40,169 bases of DNA from an uncultured Candidatus Saccharimonadales bacterium (GCA_964535275.1 CAZHSX010000002.1:1-40169); one strand, 5' to 3'. Positions 1-8,089 are shown, counted from the first letter of the stretch. The notes: generated by a model not told the origin, from the sequence alone. A program made the numbers and translations.

Positions 1-22
1 AAAATTTGGGCGCCGGATGGCA

Positions 23-50
23 ACAGCGTGTCGCGCAGGCTGTCTTTTTG
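23..50 (+). terminator. Terminator-like hairpin for a + strand gene ending upstream of the window
   Basis: ACAGC (23-27) pairs with GCTGT (39-43) and is followed by CTTTTTG (44-50). Confidence 0.4.
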
Positions 51-98
51 CATAAAGCTAGTATAGCAGAGCTGAGGATTAGGGGTTAGAGGTCGGTT

Positions 99-617
99 TT
101 AGCGGCGTTTAAAAATCATCAAAGCGGTACCGATGATTAGGCTAAGAGCCGCCGCCGCCAAGCTAATCCCGGCGCTGTCAGGTGCCCACGCCGGCGATTT
201 AAAACTGTAGACATAGTCACTTTCGATGGGTGCAGGCGCTGAGGCAGCCGCCGGCCCAGGGTGAGCTGACAAATAAGCCGCCACACATTGGGCCTGAACT
301 ACCGCGCTGGCCCGGCCGGCGCAGGCGGCTTGGGCTTGGGCGTAAATCTGGCCGTTAGCGTTGGGCACGGTGGCAGCTTTGGCGGCGTCAACCGCCCGCT
401 GGTAGCTGCCGGACAGCTCAAAACTAACACTAGCATTCATGTGGTTAGCCGTATAAGTTTGCAGCTGTTTTATGTCGGCTGTAACGTCTTGGCCAGATTG
501 ATCGGTTGTAACAATCAGGTCCCGCTGCTGGTGCGCTCCGTTGGCATCAACATTTAACTGCCAAACGCCAATTGCGGTGGCGGCTAAGGCAATAAATAGT
601 AAATAAAAACTTTTCAT
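99..617 (-). CDS. Hypothetical membrane-anchored or secreted protein (172 aa)
   Basis: N-terminal hydrophobic signal/TM (FYLLFIALAATAIGV). C-terminal hydrophobic helix plus basic tail (ISLAAAALSLIIGTALMIFKRR). No recognisable catalytic motif. Confidence 0.6.
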   Translation of the reverse strand: MKSFYLLFIALAATAIGVWQLNVDANGAHQQRDLIVTTDQSGQDVTADIKQLQTYTANHMNASVSFELSGSYQRAVDAAKAATVPNANGQIYAQAQAACAGRASAVVQAQCVAAYLSAHPGPAAASAPAPIESDYVYSFKSPAWAPDSAGISLAAAALSLIIGTALMIFKRR

Positions 618-621
618 CAGC

Positions 622-1353
622 TTAGATTGTAAAGCTTTGGCCGCGGTTGTAAACCTGGCTTTTACCGGCTGTGGTAACGCTGACGCTCCCCTTCCCCATC
701 ACCTTGGCCTGGTCGCCCTGGATAATTAAGGCCGTGTCCTCGTCGATTCCCAGCCAACGGTTACTAATGCCGGCCGGTGTCTGCCGCCACAGCGTCTTTA
801 GCTCGGCGCTAAGATTAGCTCTCATATAATCGTAATGCGGCAAAATAGCATAATCCACCAGGTTTAAGGCCGGCTCCCAACGGGCTGATTCCTTGGCGCC
901 TTCGAAGCTTTGATAGGGGTTGGCAAAAACGTAATTGCCCATGGCCATCGCCCCGGCCGACGAGCCGACCAGTAATTTTCCGGCCCGGTAGGCCCGCTCA
1001 ATCACATCCCATAGCTTCGACCCAGCTAGAACTTCGGTCAGATAACCTGGATCGCCGCCGGATAAATAAAAAATATCGGCGGCTTTGGCAGCTGCTGCCC
1101 ATTTCGGTTGGTCAGCTTGCTGACGATTGTAGACTTCTAAGCCAACTGGTTCTGCGCCTAATCTGGACAGGTGTGCTTTGCCGTCTTGGATCCATTTGCT
1201 GGCGTTTGGTTCCTGTCCGGCGGCCGTCGGTAAGATCGCTACCACCGGATTGGACTTACCCGTTAACTCGAACAAATGCCGGTCAATGGCATCTAAAGCC
1301 GGCGTAAACTCACCCGAGCCAAGTAAAACTAAGTTGGCGGTTGATTTATGCAT
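622..1353 (-). CDS. Peptidase S51 / type-1 glutamine-amidotransferase-like (dipeptidase E or cyanophycinase-like)
   Basis: Family-typical FYLSGGDPGYL and GSSAGAMAMG (GxSAG nucleophile elbow) motifs; 243 aa. Confidence 0.7.
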   Translation of the reverse strand: MHKSTANLVLLGSGEFTPALDAIDRHLFELTGKSNPVVAILPTAAGQEPNASKWIQDGKAHLSRLGAEPVGLEVYNRQQADQPKWAAAAKAADIFYLSGGDPGYLTEVLAGSKLWDVIERAYRAGKLLVGSSAGAMAMGNYVFANPYQSFEGAKESARWEPALNLVDYAILPHYDYMRANLSAELKTLWRQTPAGISNRWLGIDEDTALIIQGDQAKVMGKGSVSVTTAGKSQVYNRGQSFTI

Positions 1354-1374
1354 ATCGGATCTGGACCCGTAAGC

Positions 1375-1575
1375 TTATTCGGTCTTGGTCCAGCTGGCTT
1401 TCACCATCCCCATCATTTCTTCGTCACCCATCGCGGGCATGTCGGGGTGGACAGTGGCGGCATGTTCTTTGCCGGCTGCCATCATGTGGGTCATTGCCTC
1501 GTCGTCGTTGGCAGCTTCCACTTCAGTTACGTGGCCGCAACCAGGCGCCGGGCAGGTAAAACTATACTTTGCCAT
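1375..1575 (-). CDS. DUF1059-like small metal-binding protein (66 aa)
   Basis: FTCPAPGCGH ... KEHAATVHP pattern (Cys pair plus His-rich, acidic). AGGAGAG Shine-Dalgarno upstream of the ATG. Confidence 0.6.
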   Translation of the reverse strand: MAKYSFTCPAPGCGHVTEVEAANDDEAMTHMMAAGKEHAATVHPDMPAMGDEEMMGMVKASWTKTE

Positions 1576-1612
1576 GATTCTCTCCTAAATTAACTACTGA
1601 ACAATAAATCTA

Positions 1613-1786
1613 TTAACTCTTGCGCATCATATCGGCAGCCGCGGCTAGGACAATGATGACTACGCCAATCCAAACGTTGGTGGCCAAGCCCATCCAAAAG
1701 TGTGCCAACACCAGTCCTACGCCCAAGCCAGCAAAGCTGTGCATAAAGGCGTGCGGAGTAAAGCATTGTTTCATTTTGTCGTTCAT
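1613..1786 (-). CDS. Small hydrophobic membrane protein, 57 aa, absent from the ORF track (below the length cutoff)
   Basis: Hand translation gives MNDKMKQCFTPHAFMHSFAGLGVGLVLAHFWMGLATNVWIGVVIIVLAAAADMMRKS with a TAA stop. A strong AGGAGGA SD lies 5 nt upstream of the ATG (revcomp of 1792-1798). Two predicted TM helices. Confidence 0.55.
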   Translation of the reverse strand: MNDKMKQCFTPHAFMHSFAGLGVGLVLAHFWMGLATNVWIGVVIIVLAAAADMMRKS

Positions 1787-1859
1787 AATTTCCTCCTTTC
1801 CAGCTTCAACGATACTCTGCTCGCCCGCTTTCGTCTATGGAGGTAATGACAAACAAGTC

Positions 1860-2408
1860 TTACTTTAGTCGGGATTCGAATTTTTGGCGCAGTTTGGCCA
1901 GCTTGGGGTTGATCACAACCTGACAATAGGCGGCTTCTGGGTGGTTATTAAAGTAGTTTTGATGATAGTCTTCGGCCGGATAAAATTTTTCCAGTGGTAC
2001 AATTTCGGTCACAATCGGGTTGGGCCAAAGCTTGGCCACGGCGGCTTTTGATTGTTCGGCCGCCTGTTTTTGGGCGTCGCTGGCATACAAAATGATCGAG
2101 CGGTATTGCGGACCGATGTCGTTACCCTGGCGGTCGGGAGTGGTGGGGTCGTGGATGGTCCAAAAGATTTCTAAAATGTCGCCATAACCAATAACGGCCG
2201 GGTCAAAGGTAATTTGGTTGACCTCGGCATGGCCGGTGGCGCCGCCGGACACTTGCTCGTAAGTTGGGTCGGGCACTTCACCACCGGCGTAACCGGACAC
2301 GACTTTTTCGACCCCCTTAATCTGTTGGTAGGCCGCTTCCAAGCACCAAAAACACCCGCCGCCAAGCGTTGCAACCTCAGCTTGGCTTGGCGATGATTTG
2401 GCCATCAC
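1860..2408 (-). CDS. msrA: Peptide-methionine (S)-S-oxide reductase MsrA
   Basis: GGGCFWCLE active-site motif and typical length. The start is either GTG at 2408 or ATG at 2405. The ATG overlaps the upstream PAS gene stop (TGATG). Confidence 0.93.
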   Translation of the reverse strand: MMAKSSPSQAEVATLGGGCFWCLEAAYQQIKGVEKVVSGYAGGEVPDPTYEQVSGGATGHAEVNQITFDPAVIGYGDILEIFWTIHDPTTPDRQGNDIGPQYRSIILYASDAQKQAAEQSKAAVAKLWPNPIVTEIVPLEKFYPAEDYHQNYFNNHPEAAYCQVVINPKLAKLRQKFESRLK

Positions 2409-2941
2409 TCTTCCTGCTGTTGGCGCAGTTTTTCGATTCGCTCTTCTAGCTCGTGAATGCGCAACCGGCTACGAGTAGTTAATTCGTCGACCTTTTTTAA
2501 AATATCGCGCAACTGCGCTTCCTTGCTTTTGCGGGCGGTGATATCCGGCTCAATGCCAATGTAGTAGGCCACTTCGCCGTCTTCGCCCAGCACCGGAGTC
2601 ACGCGTAATTCCTGCCAGTATTCTTGGCCGTCTTTACGAATATTTTTAACTTCGCCGGCCCAGGGAAGTTTATCGTTACTAATCGTCTGCCACATTTGTT
2701 TATAAAATTCCTCGGGCATTTGCCCGCCCCACAAATCACCTGGGTTGTGCCCTAATACTTCATCGGGCGAAAACCCGGTTTGGCGCTGAACGGCTTTGTT
2801 GGCGTATACTACATTGCCATTGGGATCGGTAATAACTATATGGTCGGGCAACAGATCAAAAAAGTAACCAATTAGAGTCAGGGCTGCTTGCCAGTCACGA
2901 ATATCGGTTTCGGAAATGTGAACGCGATGAGATTTTGCCAT
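2405..2941 (-). CDS. PAS-domain protein with a C-terminal coiled coil and no output domain
   Basis: PAS-like core (IVITDPNGNVVYANKAVQRQTGFSPDEVLGHNP ... YIGIEPDITARK) followed by a heptad-like charged tail. 178 aa. Confidence 0.75.
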   Translation of the reverse strand: MAKSHRVHISETDIRDWQAALTLIGYFFDLLPDHIVITDPNGNVVYANKAVQRQTGFSPDEVLGHNPGDLWGGQMPEEFYKQMWQTISNDKLPWAGEVKNIRKDGQEYWQELRVTPVLGEDGEVAYYIGIEPDITARKSKEAQLRDILKKVDELTTRSRLRIHELEERIEKLRQQQEE

Positions 2942-2970
2942 GGCTTTAGTATACTGCTAAATCCCCGGCC

Positions 2971-3372
2971 TTAACCTTCGGCTGATTCAGCCGCCTCGGC
3001 GTCGGCCTTGGTGACATGTACGGCGCCGTTGGGATGATTGGCAGGTGAATAGATGGAATAAACTTTGAGTTCGCCAGCGCCGGTGTTAATGATGTTGTGC
3101 CAAGTGCCGGCTGGTACAATAACGGCCCAATTATCCTCGACTTGGTGGGTTTCGTTTAGGTCTTCCCGACTTGGGCCGGCTTCGACGCGAGCGGTGCCTT
3201 GCTCAAAGCGCAAAAACTGATCAACCTCCGGATGCACCTCCAGGCCAATGTCCTCGCCTGGTTTTATCGACATCACCGTCAGCTGGCTATGTTTGCCGGT
3301 CCATAAAACCGTCCGAAAATTTGTGTTGTTGACGGTTTTGTCTTCAATATTTTCAGCCCAAATTAATCCCAT
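2971..3372 (-). CDS. Cupin-domain protein
   Basis: Cupin motifs (GLEVHPEVDQFL ... PAGTWHNIIN). AGGAGG SD upstream. Confidence 0.75.
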   Translation of the reverse strand: MGLIWAENIEDKTVNNTNFRTVLWTGKHSQLTVMSIKPGEDIGLEVHPEVDQFLRFEQGTARVEAGPSREDLNETHQVEDNWAVIVPAGTWHNIINTGAGELKVYSIYSPANHPNGAVHVTKADAEAAESAEG

Positions 3373-3395
3373 TCTTCCTCCTGTTTAAGGCTTTT

Positions 3396-3470
3396 TGGCT
3401 CCGGGGGCGAGATTCGAACTCGCGACCAATTGATTAACAGTCAACTGCTCTACCGCTGAGCTACCCCGGA
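3396..3470 (-). tRNA. tRNA-Asn (anticodon GTT), CCA encoded
   Basis: Revcomp folds as a cloverleaf. Acceptor TCCGGGG/CCCCGGA, D-arm GCTC-AGCGGTA-GAGC, anticodon arm GTTGA-CTGTTAA-TCAAT, T-arm GCGAG-TTCGAAT-CTCGC, then GCCA. 75 nt. Confidence 0.93.
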
Positions 3471-3544
3471 TTACTAATACTCCGAGATTATACCAATTTT
3501 ACTGGTAGGAGTGGAGTATAATTGCTGCATAGGAGGAAATGATT

Positions 3545-3832
3545 ATGCCGGCGAAAAAATCTCATAACCCGGAGATAGAGTTTAAGGCCAACTTCGGTGA
3601 TTCCCAAGAATGGAAAAAGTGGATGAAAGAACGCAAAGGAATGTCAGGCTCAAAATCTCATCATGGCTCGGCCGGGGCGCTCTACTTTGTCGGTTTCATC
3701 GGCTCAATCATATATTGGTGGCAGGCGGCCAATAACTTTGGCGCCGTTGTGACCGGCTTGCTGAAGTCGATGGTTTGGCCGGCTTATGTAGTTTACCACC
3801 TTCTGGCGATGTTCTTTGGCTCGGCGCACTAA
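3545..3832 (+). CDS. Small two-TM membrane protein, hypothetical
   Basis: The ORF track starts at 3539. The second ATG (3545) sits 7 nt after AGGAGGA (3531-3537), which is better spacing. A TATAAT lies at 3517-3522. C-terminal hydrophobic helices. Confidence 0.6.
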   Translation: MPAKKSHNPEIEFKANFGDSQEWKKWMKERKGMSGSKSHHGSAGALYFVGFIGSIIYWWQAANNFGAVVTGLLKSMVWPAYVVYHLLAMFFGSAH

Positions 3833-3842
3833 CTAGCACATT

Positions 3843-4121
3843 ATGCGCAAAGCCAGAACCGAACTTTCAACTGGCCATGGGGTGGTCCACCCAATCCCCG
3901 GCGATTTGCGCCGGGCTCTGACCGCCAGTCCGGATGCGCGGGCGGCTTGGGAAGACATTACGCCGCTCGCCCGCAACGAATGGATTTGCTGGACTATTTC
4001 GGTCAAACAGCAAAAAACTCGGGACGAGCACGTCAAGCGAGTAGTTAGCGAGCTAATTGAAGGCAAGCGCCGGCCGTGTTGTTGGGCCGGCTGTCTGCAT
4101 CGTTTGAAAGGTAGGAGTTAG
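3843..4121 (+). CDS. YdeI/OmpD-associated-family-like small protein
   Basis: DLRRAL..P.ARAAWEDITPLARNEWICW...QKTRDEH and a C-terminal RRPCCWAGCLHR motif resemble that family as I recall it. Confidence 0.55.
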   Translation: MRKARTELSTGHGVVHPIPGDLRRALTASPDARAAWEDITPLARNEWICWTISVKQQKTRDEHVKRVVSELIEGKRRPCCWAGCLHRLKGRS

Positions 4122-4128
4122 TTTAAAA

Positions 4129-4938
4129 TTATTTAGCCCTGGCATTTACTTCGGTTTTGCCGGGCATGATAGTCGCTAAGCGTTTGCGAAAGACGATTGT
4201 GACGATGCCGATCAAGATTTCGATGCCAGCCGTTAAGCCAAAAGCCAGTTTAAGGTGCGACAAAATAGTGTTGATTAAACTCTGAACCGGAGCAGTCAAA
4301 CTTGGCTGTTTAGAAAAATTAATGTTCGCCGTTATATGTGGCTGTTGAGCAGCTAGCAAGCCCATAAACCCGGCGCTTATAACGCCAGACACAAGCAATG
4401 CCACCGCCAATGCCACGTATTTCTGACGCCTGATGCTCATAGCTATGCTGGCCGCCAGCAAGATTAGCGCCGCTACCAGCATGATTAACTTGGCGGTCTC
4501 GAAACCGTGCCCAACTTGCGACACTTTTTGCAACTTATCTGCACCAATGTCCACTTTGAGATTGTCGGGTTTGACGTCAACACCCTGGGCCTGCAGTGCC
4601 GTTCCCAAGTCGGTAAAACTTAAGGTGACGCTATTGCCTTTGCCCTTGGCAACTGATTCAAATTGGGCCAAAGCATCCTTAAGCTTGCCATCGACATAAG
4701 TAGAGGTAAGAGTGGACTGCAGGGCGTTAATGAACTTTTGCTGTTGGACCGGATCGTCGGACGACTGCGAAGCTAGTATCTGGGGGATGGCAGTGGCTAG
4801 TCCCTGGTCAAAACCGCTGTTTTTGGCCGCCGAGCCAAGATAACCAGCGCTGATGGTTTGGTCAAAAATAAGAACCAGTGAAGTGAAAACTAAAGTAATC
4901 GCTAATAGACAGTTAACTAAAAACGATAAAAATTTCAT
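4129..4938 (-). CDS. Hypothetical multi-pass membrane protein, last gene of the two-component operon
   Basis: N-terminal TM, a soluble stretch of about 130 aa, then three C-terminal TM helices. 269 aa. Confidence 0.6.
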   Translation of the reverse strand: MKFLSFLVNCLLAITLVFTSLVLIFDQTISAGYLGSAAKNSGFDQGLATAIPQILASQSSDDPVQQQKFINALQSTLTSTYVDGKLKDALAQFESVAKGKGNSVTLSFTDLGTALQAQGVDVKPDNLKVDIGADKLQKVSQVGHGFETAKLIMLVAALILLAASIAMSIRRQKYVALAVALLVSGVISAGFMGLLAAQQPHITANINFSKQPSLTAPVQSLINTILSHLKLAFGLTAGIEILIGIVTIVFRKRLATIMPGKTEVNARAK

Positions 4939-4950
4939 AGCAGCATCATC

Positions 4951-5316
4951 TTATTCGACTAATGTCTTATTTACAAACTCGACCATTTCCTTGGGCGTAA
5001 AGTTGATCTTGGTCAAATAGTGCTTGACGCCGAGGCTTTTGATTTCTTCTAACAGGTCGGAAGAATATAAGTTACTAAAGACTATCACTTTAACATCTGG
5101 GTGCTGACTCAGGTTGTATTTGCGCAGAAATTCCAGTCCCCCGGTATGGGGCAGGAGCAAATCGAGCAAGATCAAGTCGGGTTCGTGCTTTTTGACCGCT
5201 TCCAGCGCCTTTAATCCGTCAGCGGCTATGTCAACTTCATGGCCGGCATTAACCAGGGCCGACTTATAAATTAATTGGAGGTTTTCGTAATCTTCTACCA
5301 CTAAAATGTAGGCCAT
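4951..5316 (-). CDS. Stand-alone response-regulator receiver (CheY-like)
   Basis: ILVVEDYE acidic pocket and DLILLDLLLP phospho-acceptor Asp. 121 aa, no output domain. AAGGA SD. Confidence 0.88.
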   Translation of the reverse strand: MAYILVVEDYENLQLIYKSALVNAGHEVDIAADGLKALEAVKKHEPDLILLDLLLPHTGGLEFLRKYNLSQHPDVKVIVFSNLYSSDLLEEIKSLGVKHYLTKINFTPKEMVEFVNKTLVE

Positions 5317-5328
5317 AAGTTTAAATCC

Positions 5329-7140
5329 TTAGCCGCTAATTGGTAACTCTATTGTAAAGGTAGAACCATGGTTTTCGCTAGAGTCTAGGGTTAAATTGCC
5401 GCCATGTTGTTCAACAATTTTTTTAGTCATATATAGCCCAAGTCCAAACCCCTCGGTTGTATCTTTTTTGGGGTTATTAATGGTTAGGAACTTTCGGAAA
5501 AGCTTTGGCTGATCAGCTTTGCTAATCCCAAAACCCGCGTCGGTGACTTTAATCCAATAATGACTGGTGTTTTGCCCCAGTTTAATTACCACCTGGCTGC
5601 CCGGGGGTGAATATTTACTGGCGTTGGAAATTAAATTATCGATTGCCAACCGCATTTTTTCACCGTCAATGTTTGCCACCAAAGGCTGCGGCGGCGGAGT
5701 AAATTTGATAGTTTGATGGCGCAGTTTCAGGGGAGCTTGATAATTATCAATCACTCCCTTAGTCAGATCAATCAGGTCGGTCGGGATTGTATTGATTGAC
5801 AGTTTTTCTGATTCAAAATGGGCAACTTCAAGGATTTGCAAAATCAGGCGGCTTAGTTTTTCATTTTCTGAGTATGCCAAATGCAGCATTTTGATTTTTT
5901 CGCTGGCACTCATGTGGTTATCGTCTTCCAAAACCAGGGATAAAAAGCCTTTGACCGCCGTGGTTGGGGTGCGAAGTTGGTGTGATATTAAAGCTATAAA
6001 TTCGGCCTCGGCTTTAGCTTTTTCAGCTAACTCGCCGGCCATAAGGTTGAAAGCCTGAGCTAGTCCGCCAACTTCATCGTTAGAAGCAATTTGGGCGCGG
6101 GTCGAGAAATCGCCTTTACTGAGCTGGGTCGCAGTATCAACTAAGGCCAATATCGGTTTAGTGAAGATTTGGGACATGAATGAGCCAACAAAGATGGTGA
6201 AAAAAACCAGCAAAGCCGAGAAAAATATCACCTGAACGGTTAATTGATTAATTGGCCCAAAGGCCTCGGCTTGATCTATCTGCCCAACAATGCCCAACCC
6301 AGCCTGGCTGATGTACCGGGTGACACCGATCACCGGTTTGCCGCGATAGCTGACGGTACCATTGGTAAACGTTTGCTCTTTTTTAAGCAGGGCTTGAACT
6401 GAAGGCAAATATGTATCGCTCAGTGGGATCTTCCGGTTGAAAGCGGCATGGTCATCAAACCTCAGGGGGCTGACGTAAATTCCGTGCGTATCGTCATATT
6501 GTTTGACCAAAAACATTTCACCCGTTTGACCTAATCCGGTTCTATTGGCGGAAAAACTTAGCAAGCTTTGGGCACTAAGGACGATATAGAACCTAGCCAA
6601 AGTTCTTTCGCCGTATATCATTGGTGTACTAAACAACAAGTGAGCTCCGCTTTGATCGCTAAAAATATCAGCCAGAAGCCGGTCCGGCGTAATGGGCAGG
6701 GTTTTATTTAGTACCAGTCCGGTCGAATCAAGCACTTGCCCTTGCGTGTCAGTTACGGCTACTCCTTCGATTTCTACAAACCTGCCATAGGGACCGGCAG
6801 ACTGGGTGGCAGCCAGCGCTTGGGTAAGGCGGTCTTTAGTGCCGGGGTTGGTTAAAAATGTTTGAACTGCTTGGCGTAGTGGCGCTTGTTGACTGAGGTT
6901 AGTGGTGCCCTGGGAATAGATGCCAAGCTGGTCAACAACCCTAGTTTCCTGAAGTGATGTGACAGCTTCAAGATTGTGCAAAGTCGTACTGCGTAGCGTA
7001 TTTTGGAAATCAATAAAAACCAACGTTCCAATCGCAACGAAGGGAATTAGCGCCGAAATCAAAAAAATTAGGACGATTTTATAACGGATTGACACTTTAG
7101 TCGCCTGGTTGGTGGTCGTCTCCACCAACACTGCCGGCAT
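5329..7140 (-). CDS. Sensor histidine kinase (extracytoplasmic Cache-like domain, HAMP, HisKA, HATPase_c)
   Basis: H-box ISHQLRTPTT, N-box DNLISNASKY, G-box GFGLGLYMTKKIVEQHGG. Two TM helices flank a periplasmic domain of about 270 aa. The start is uncertain. ATG 7140 overlaps yhhQ by 44 nt, and an in-frame GTG at 7095 begins 1 nt after the yhhQ stop. Confidence 0.88.
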   Translation of the reverse strand: MPAVLVETTTNQATKVSIRYKIVLIFLISALIPFVAIGTLVFIDFQNTLRSTTLHNLEAVTSLQETRVVDQLGIYSQGTTNLSQQAPLRQAVQTFLTNPGTKDRLTQALAATQSAGPYGRFVEIEGVAVTDTQGQVLDSTGLVLNKTLPITPDRLLADIFSDQSGAHLLFSTPMIYGERTLARFYIVLSAQSLLSFSANRTGLGQTGEMFLVKQYDDTHGIYVSPLRFDDHAAFNRKIPLSDTYLPSVQALLKKEQTFTNGTVSYRGKPVIGVTRYISQAGLGIVGQIDQAEAFGPINQLTVQVIFFSALLVFFTIFVGSFMSQIFTKPILALVDTATQLSKGDFSTRAQIASNDEVGGLAQAFNLMAGELAEKAKAEAEFIALISHQLRTPTTAVKGFLSLVLEDDNHMSASEKIKMLHLAYSENEKLSRLILQILEVAHFESEKLSINTIPTDLIDLTKGVIDNYQAPLKLRHQTIKFTPPPQPLVANIDGEKMRLAIDNLISNASKYSPPGSQVVIKLGQNTSHYWIKVTDAGFGISKADQPKLFRKFLTINNPKKDTTEGFGLGLYMTKKIVEQHGGNLTLDSSENHGSTFTIELPISG

Positions 7141-7804
7141 TTAGCACGAAATAGCTCAGATACAAAAACGGGATCCCAATCACAGCCACCACCATTTTGA
7201 CGCCAAAACCAGTAAACAGGGATTGAAATAGTTCACTTCTGGGAATGGTGCCGGCAAAAGCGATTGAAAAAAACAGGATGCTGTCCACTAACTGCCCGAC
7301 AGCCGAACTTAATAGAGTCCTAAACCAAAGTAGCTTCTTACCGGTCTTTTGGTGCAAGGTGTCAAACAACCAAACATTTAGATTTTGCGAAACTAGGTAG
7401 GCTGATATGCTGGCAAGGGCAATACGCGGTACGGCCGCAAATACGCTGTGCATCGCCGCTGCTAATCCTTCGGTATTGGGCGCACCGACTAAACGAATTG
7501 AATATTGCCCCATTAATACAAATAAGACCAAGGCGCTAAAGCCGACCCAAACAGATTTAAAAGCCGCTTTGCGCCCGTAGTGTTCGGCAAGCACATTGCC
7601 CGTTAAAAAAATTGAAGCATAAAATACGTTGCCAGCATTGGTTACTAACCCAAAAAGCGGTATCAGCAGAGCCCCAAAAGAACTAACCAAAATAATATTT
7701 GTAACGATTACGCCGGTTAGACCTTCTTTACCCAGCCGCAGCATAAAGAGAATAAAGAAGAGACTGATAGCGGTGGTGGTAAAGAATATTAGCTGGTTAG
7801 GCAT
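7097..7804 (-). CDS. yhhQ: Queuosine-precursor transporter, YhhQ/DUF165 family
   Basis: Multi-pass membrane protein with family-like stretches: NAGNVFYASIFLTGNVLAEHYG and SAVGQLVDSILFFSIAF. Confidence 0.75.
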   Translation of the reverse strand: MPNQLIFFTTTAISLFFILFMLRLGKEGLTGVIVTNIILVSSFGALLIPLFGLVTNAGNVFYASIFLTGNVLAEHYGRKAAFKSVWVGFSALVLFVLMGQYSIRLVGAPNTEGLAAAMHSVFAAVPRIALASISAYLVSQNLNVWLFDTLHQKTGKKLLWFRTLLSSAVGQLVDSILFFSIAFAGTIPRSELFQSLFTGFGVKMVVAVIGIPFLYLSYFVLNAGSVGGDDHQPGD

Positions 7805-7811
7805 TGGCTAT

Positions 7812-7840
7812 ATCGTACATTTCAAATCTCGGGTGGTCAA
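7812..7840 (-). promoter_or_regulatory. Putative sigma70-type promoter of yhhQ, leaderless layout
   Basis: Minus strand reads TTGACC (7835-7840), 17 nt, TACGAT (7812-7817), 7 nt, ATG (7804). No SD is present. Confidence 0.45.
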
Positions 7841-7856
7841 AACGCTTTTGGTTAAA

Positions 7857-7952
7857 CTAAAACCAGAGAATGCCGTCGGAATGCTCGATGACGTCAAAGG
7901 CAAAGGTTGCCAGGTAACGGCGAAACTGCATGCGTAGATGCCGTTTACTCAT
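7857..7952 (-). CDS. Tiny ORF-B (31 aa), hypothetical, coupled to ORF-A
   Basis: Hand translation gives MSKRHLRMQFRRYLATFAFDVIEHSDGILWF. Its ATG overlaps the ORF-A stop (ATGA). No homology recognised. Confidence 0.2.
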   Translation of the reverse strand: MSKRHLRMQFRRYLATFAFDVIEHSDGILWF

Positions 7953-8089
7953 TTTGCAGCCTTAATCGGCGTAGTTCTGACGATCGGTTTTTCGATCTGT
8001 TGCATCAGCGTTTCGTAATACACGATATCGTAAATACTAGGCGCACTGACAAACCGACGATACTTGGATCTTAATTTGCGCTTGTTCAC
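7949..8089 (-). CDS. Tiny ORF-A (46 aa), hypothetical, immediately downstream of lexA
   Basis: GTG start preceded by AGGGGGTAGAG. Translation gives MNKRKLRSKYRRFVSAPSIYDIVYYETLMQQIEKPIVRTTPIKAAK. There is no terminator between lexA and this ORF. Confidence 0.25.
   Translation of the reverse strand: MNKRKLRSKYRRFVSAPSIYDIVYYETLMQQIEKPIVRTTPIKAAK

Noticed and set aside
1620-1868. 82-aa + strand ORF from the track
   Set aside because: It has a TTG start, no SD and low-complexity, odd composition. The opposite strand carries a 57-aa ORF with a strong AGGAGGA SD that better explains the DNA.
7805-7870. preQ1 riboswitch upstream of yhhQ
   Set aside because: Only a 5-bp hairpin (TGGTT/AACCA with a 7-nt loop) is present, and it overlaps the ORF-B stop. 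The loop size and the missing A-rich tail with CUA do not match preQ1-I. The promoter reading leaves essentially no 5-prime UTR.
7629-7937. 102-aa + strand ORF
   Set aside because: It runs antisense through the 5-prime end of yhhQ and its promoter. It has no SD, and its composition is consistent with a shadow ORF.
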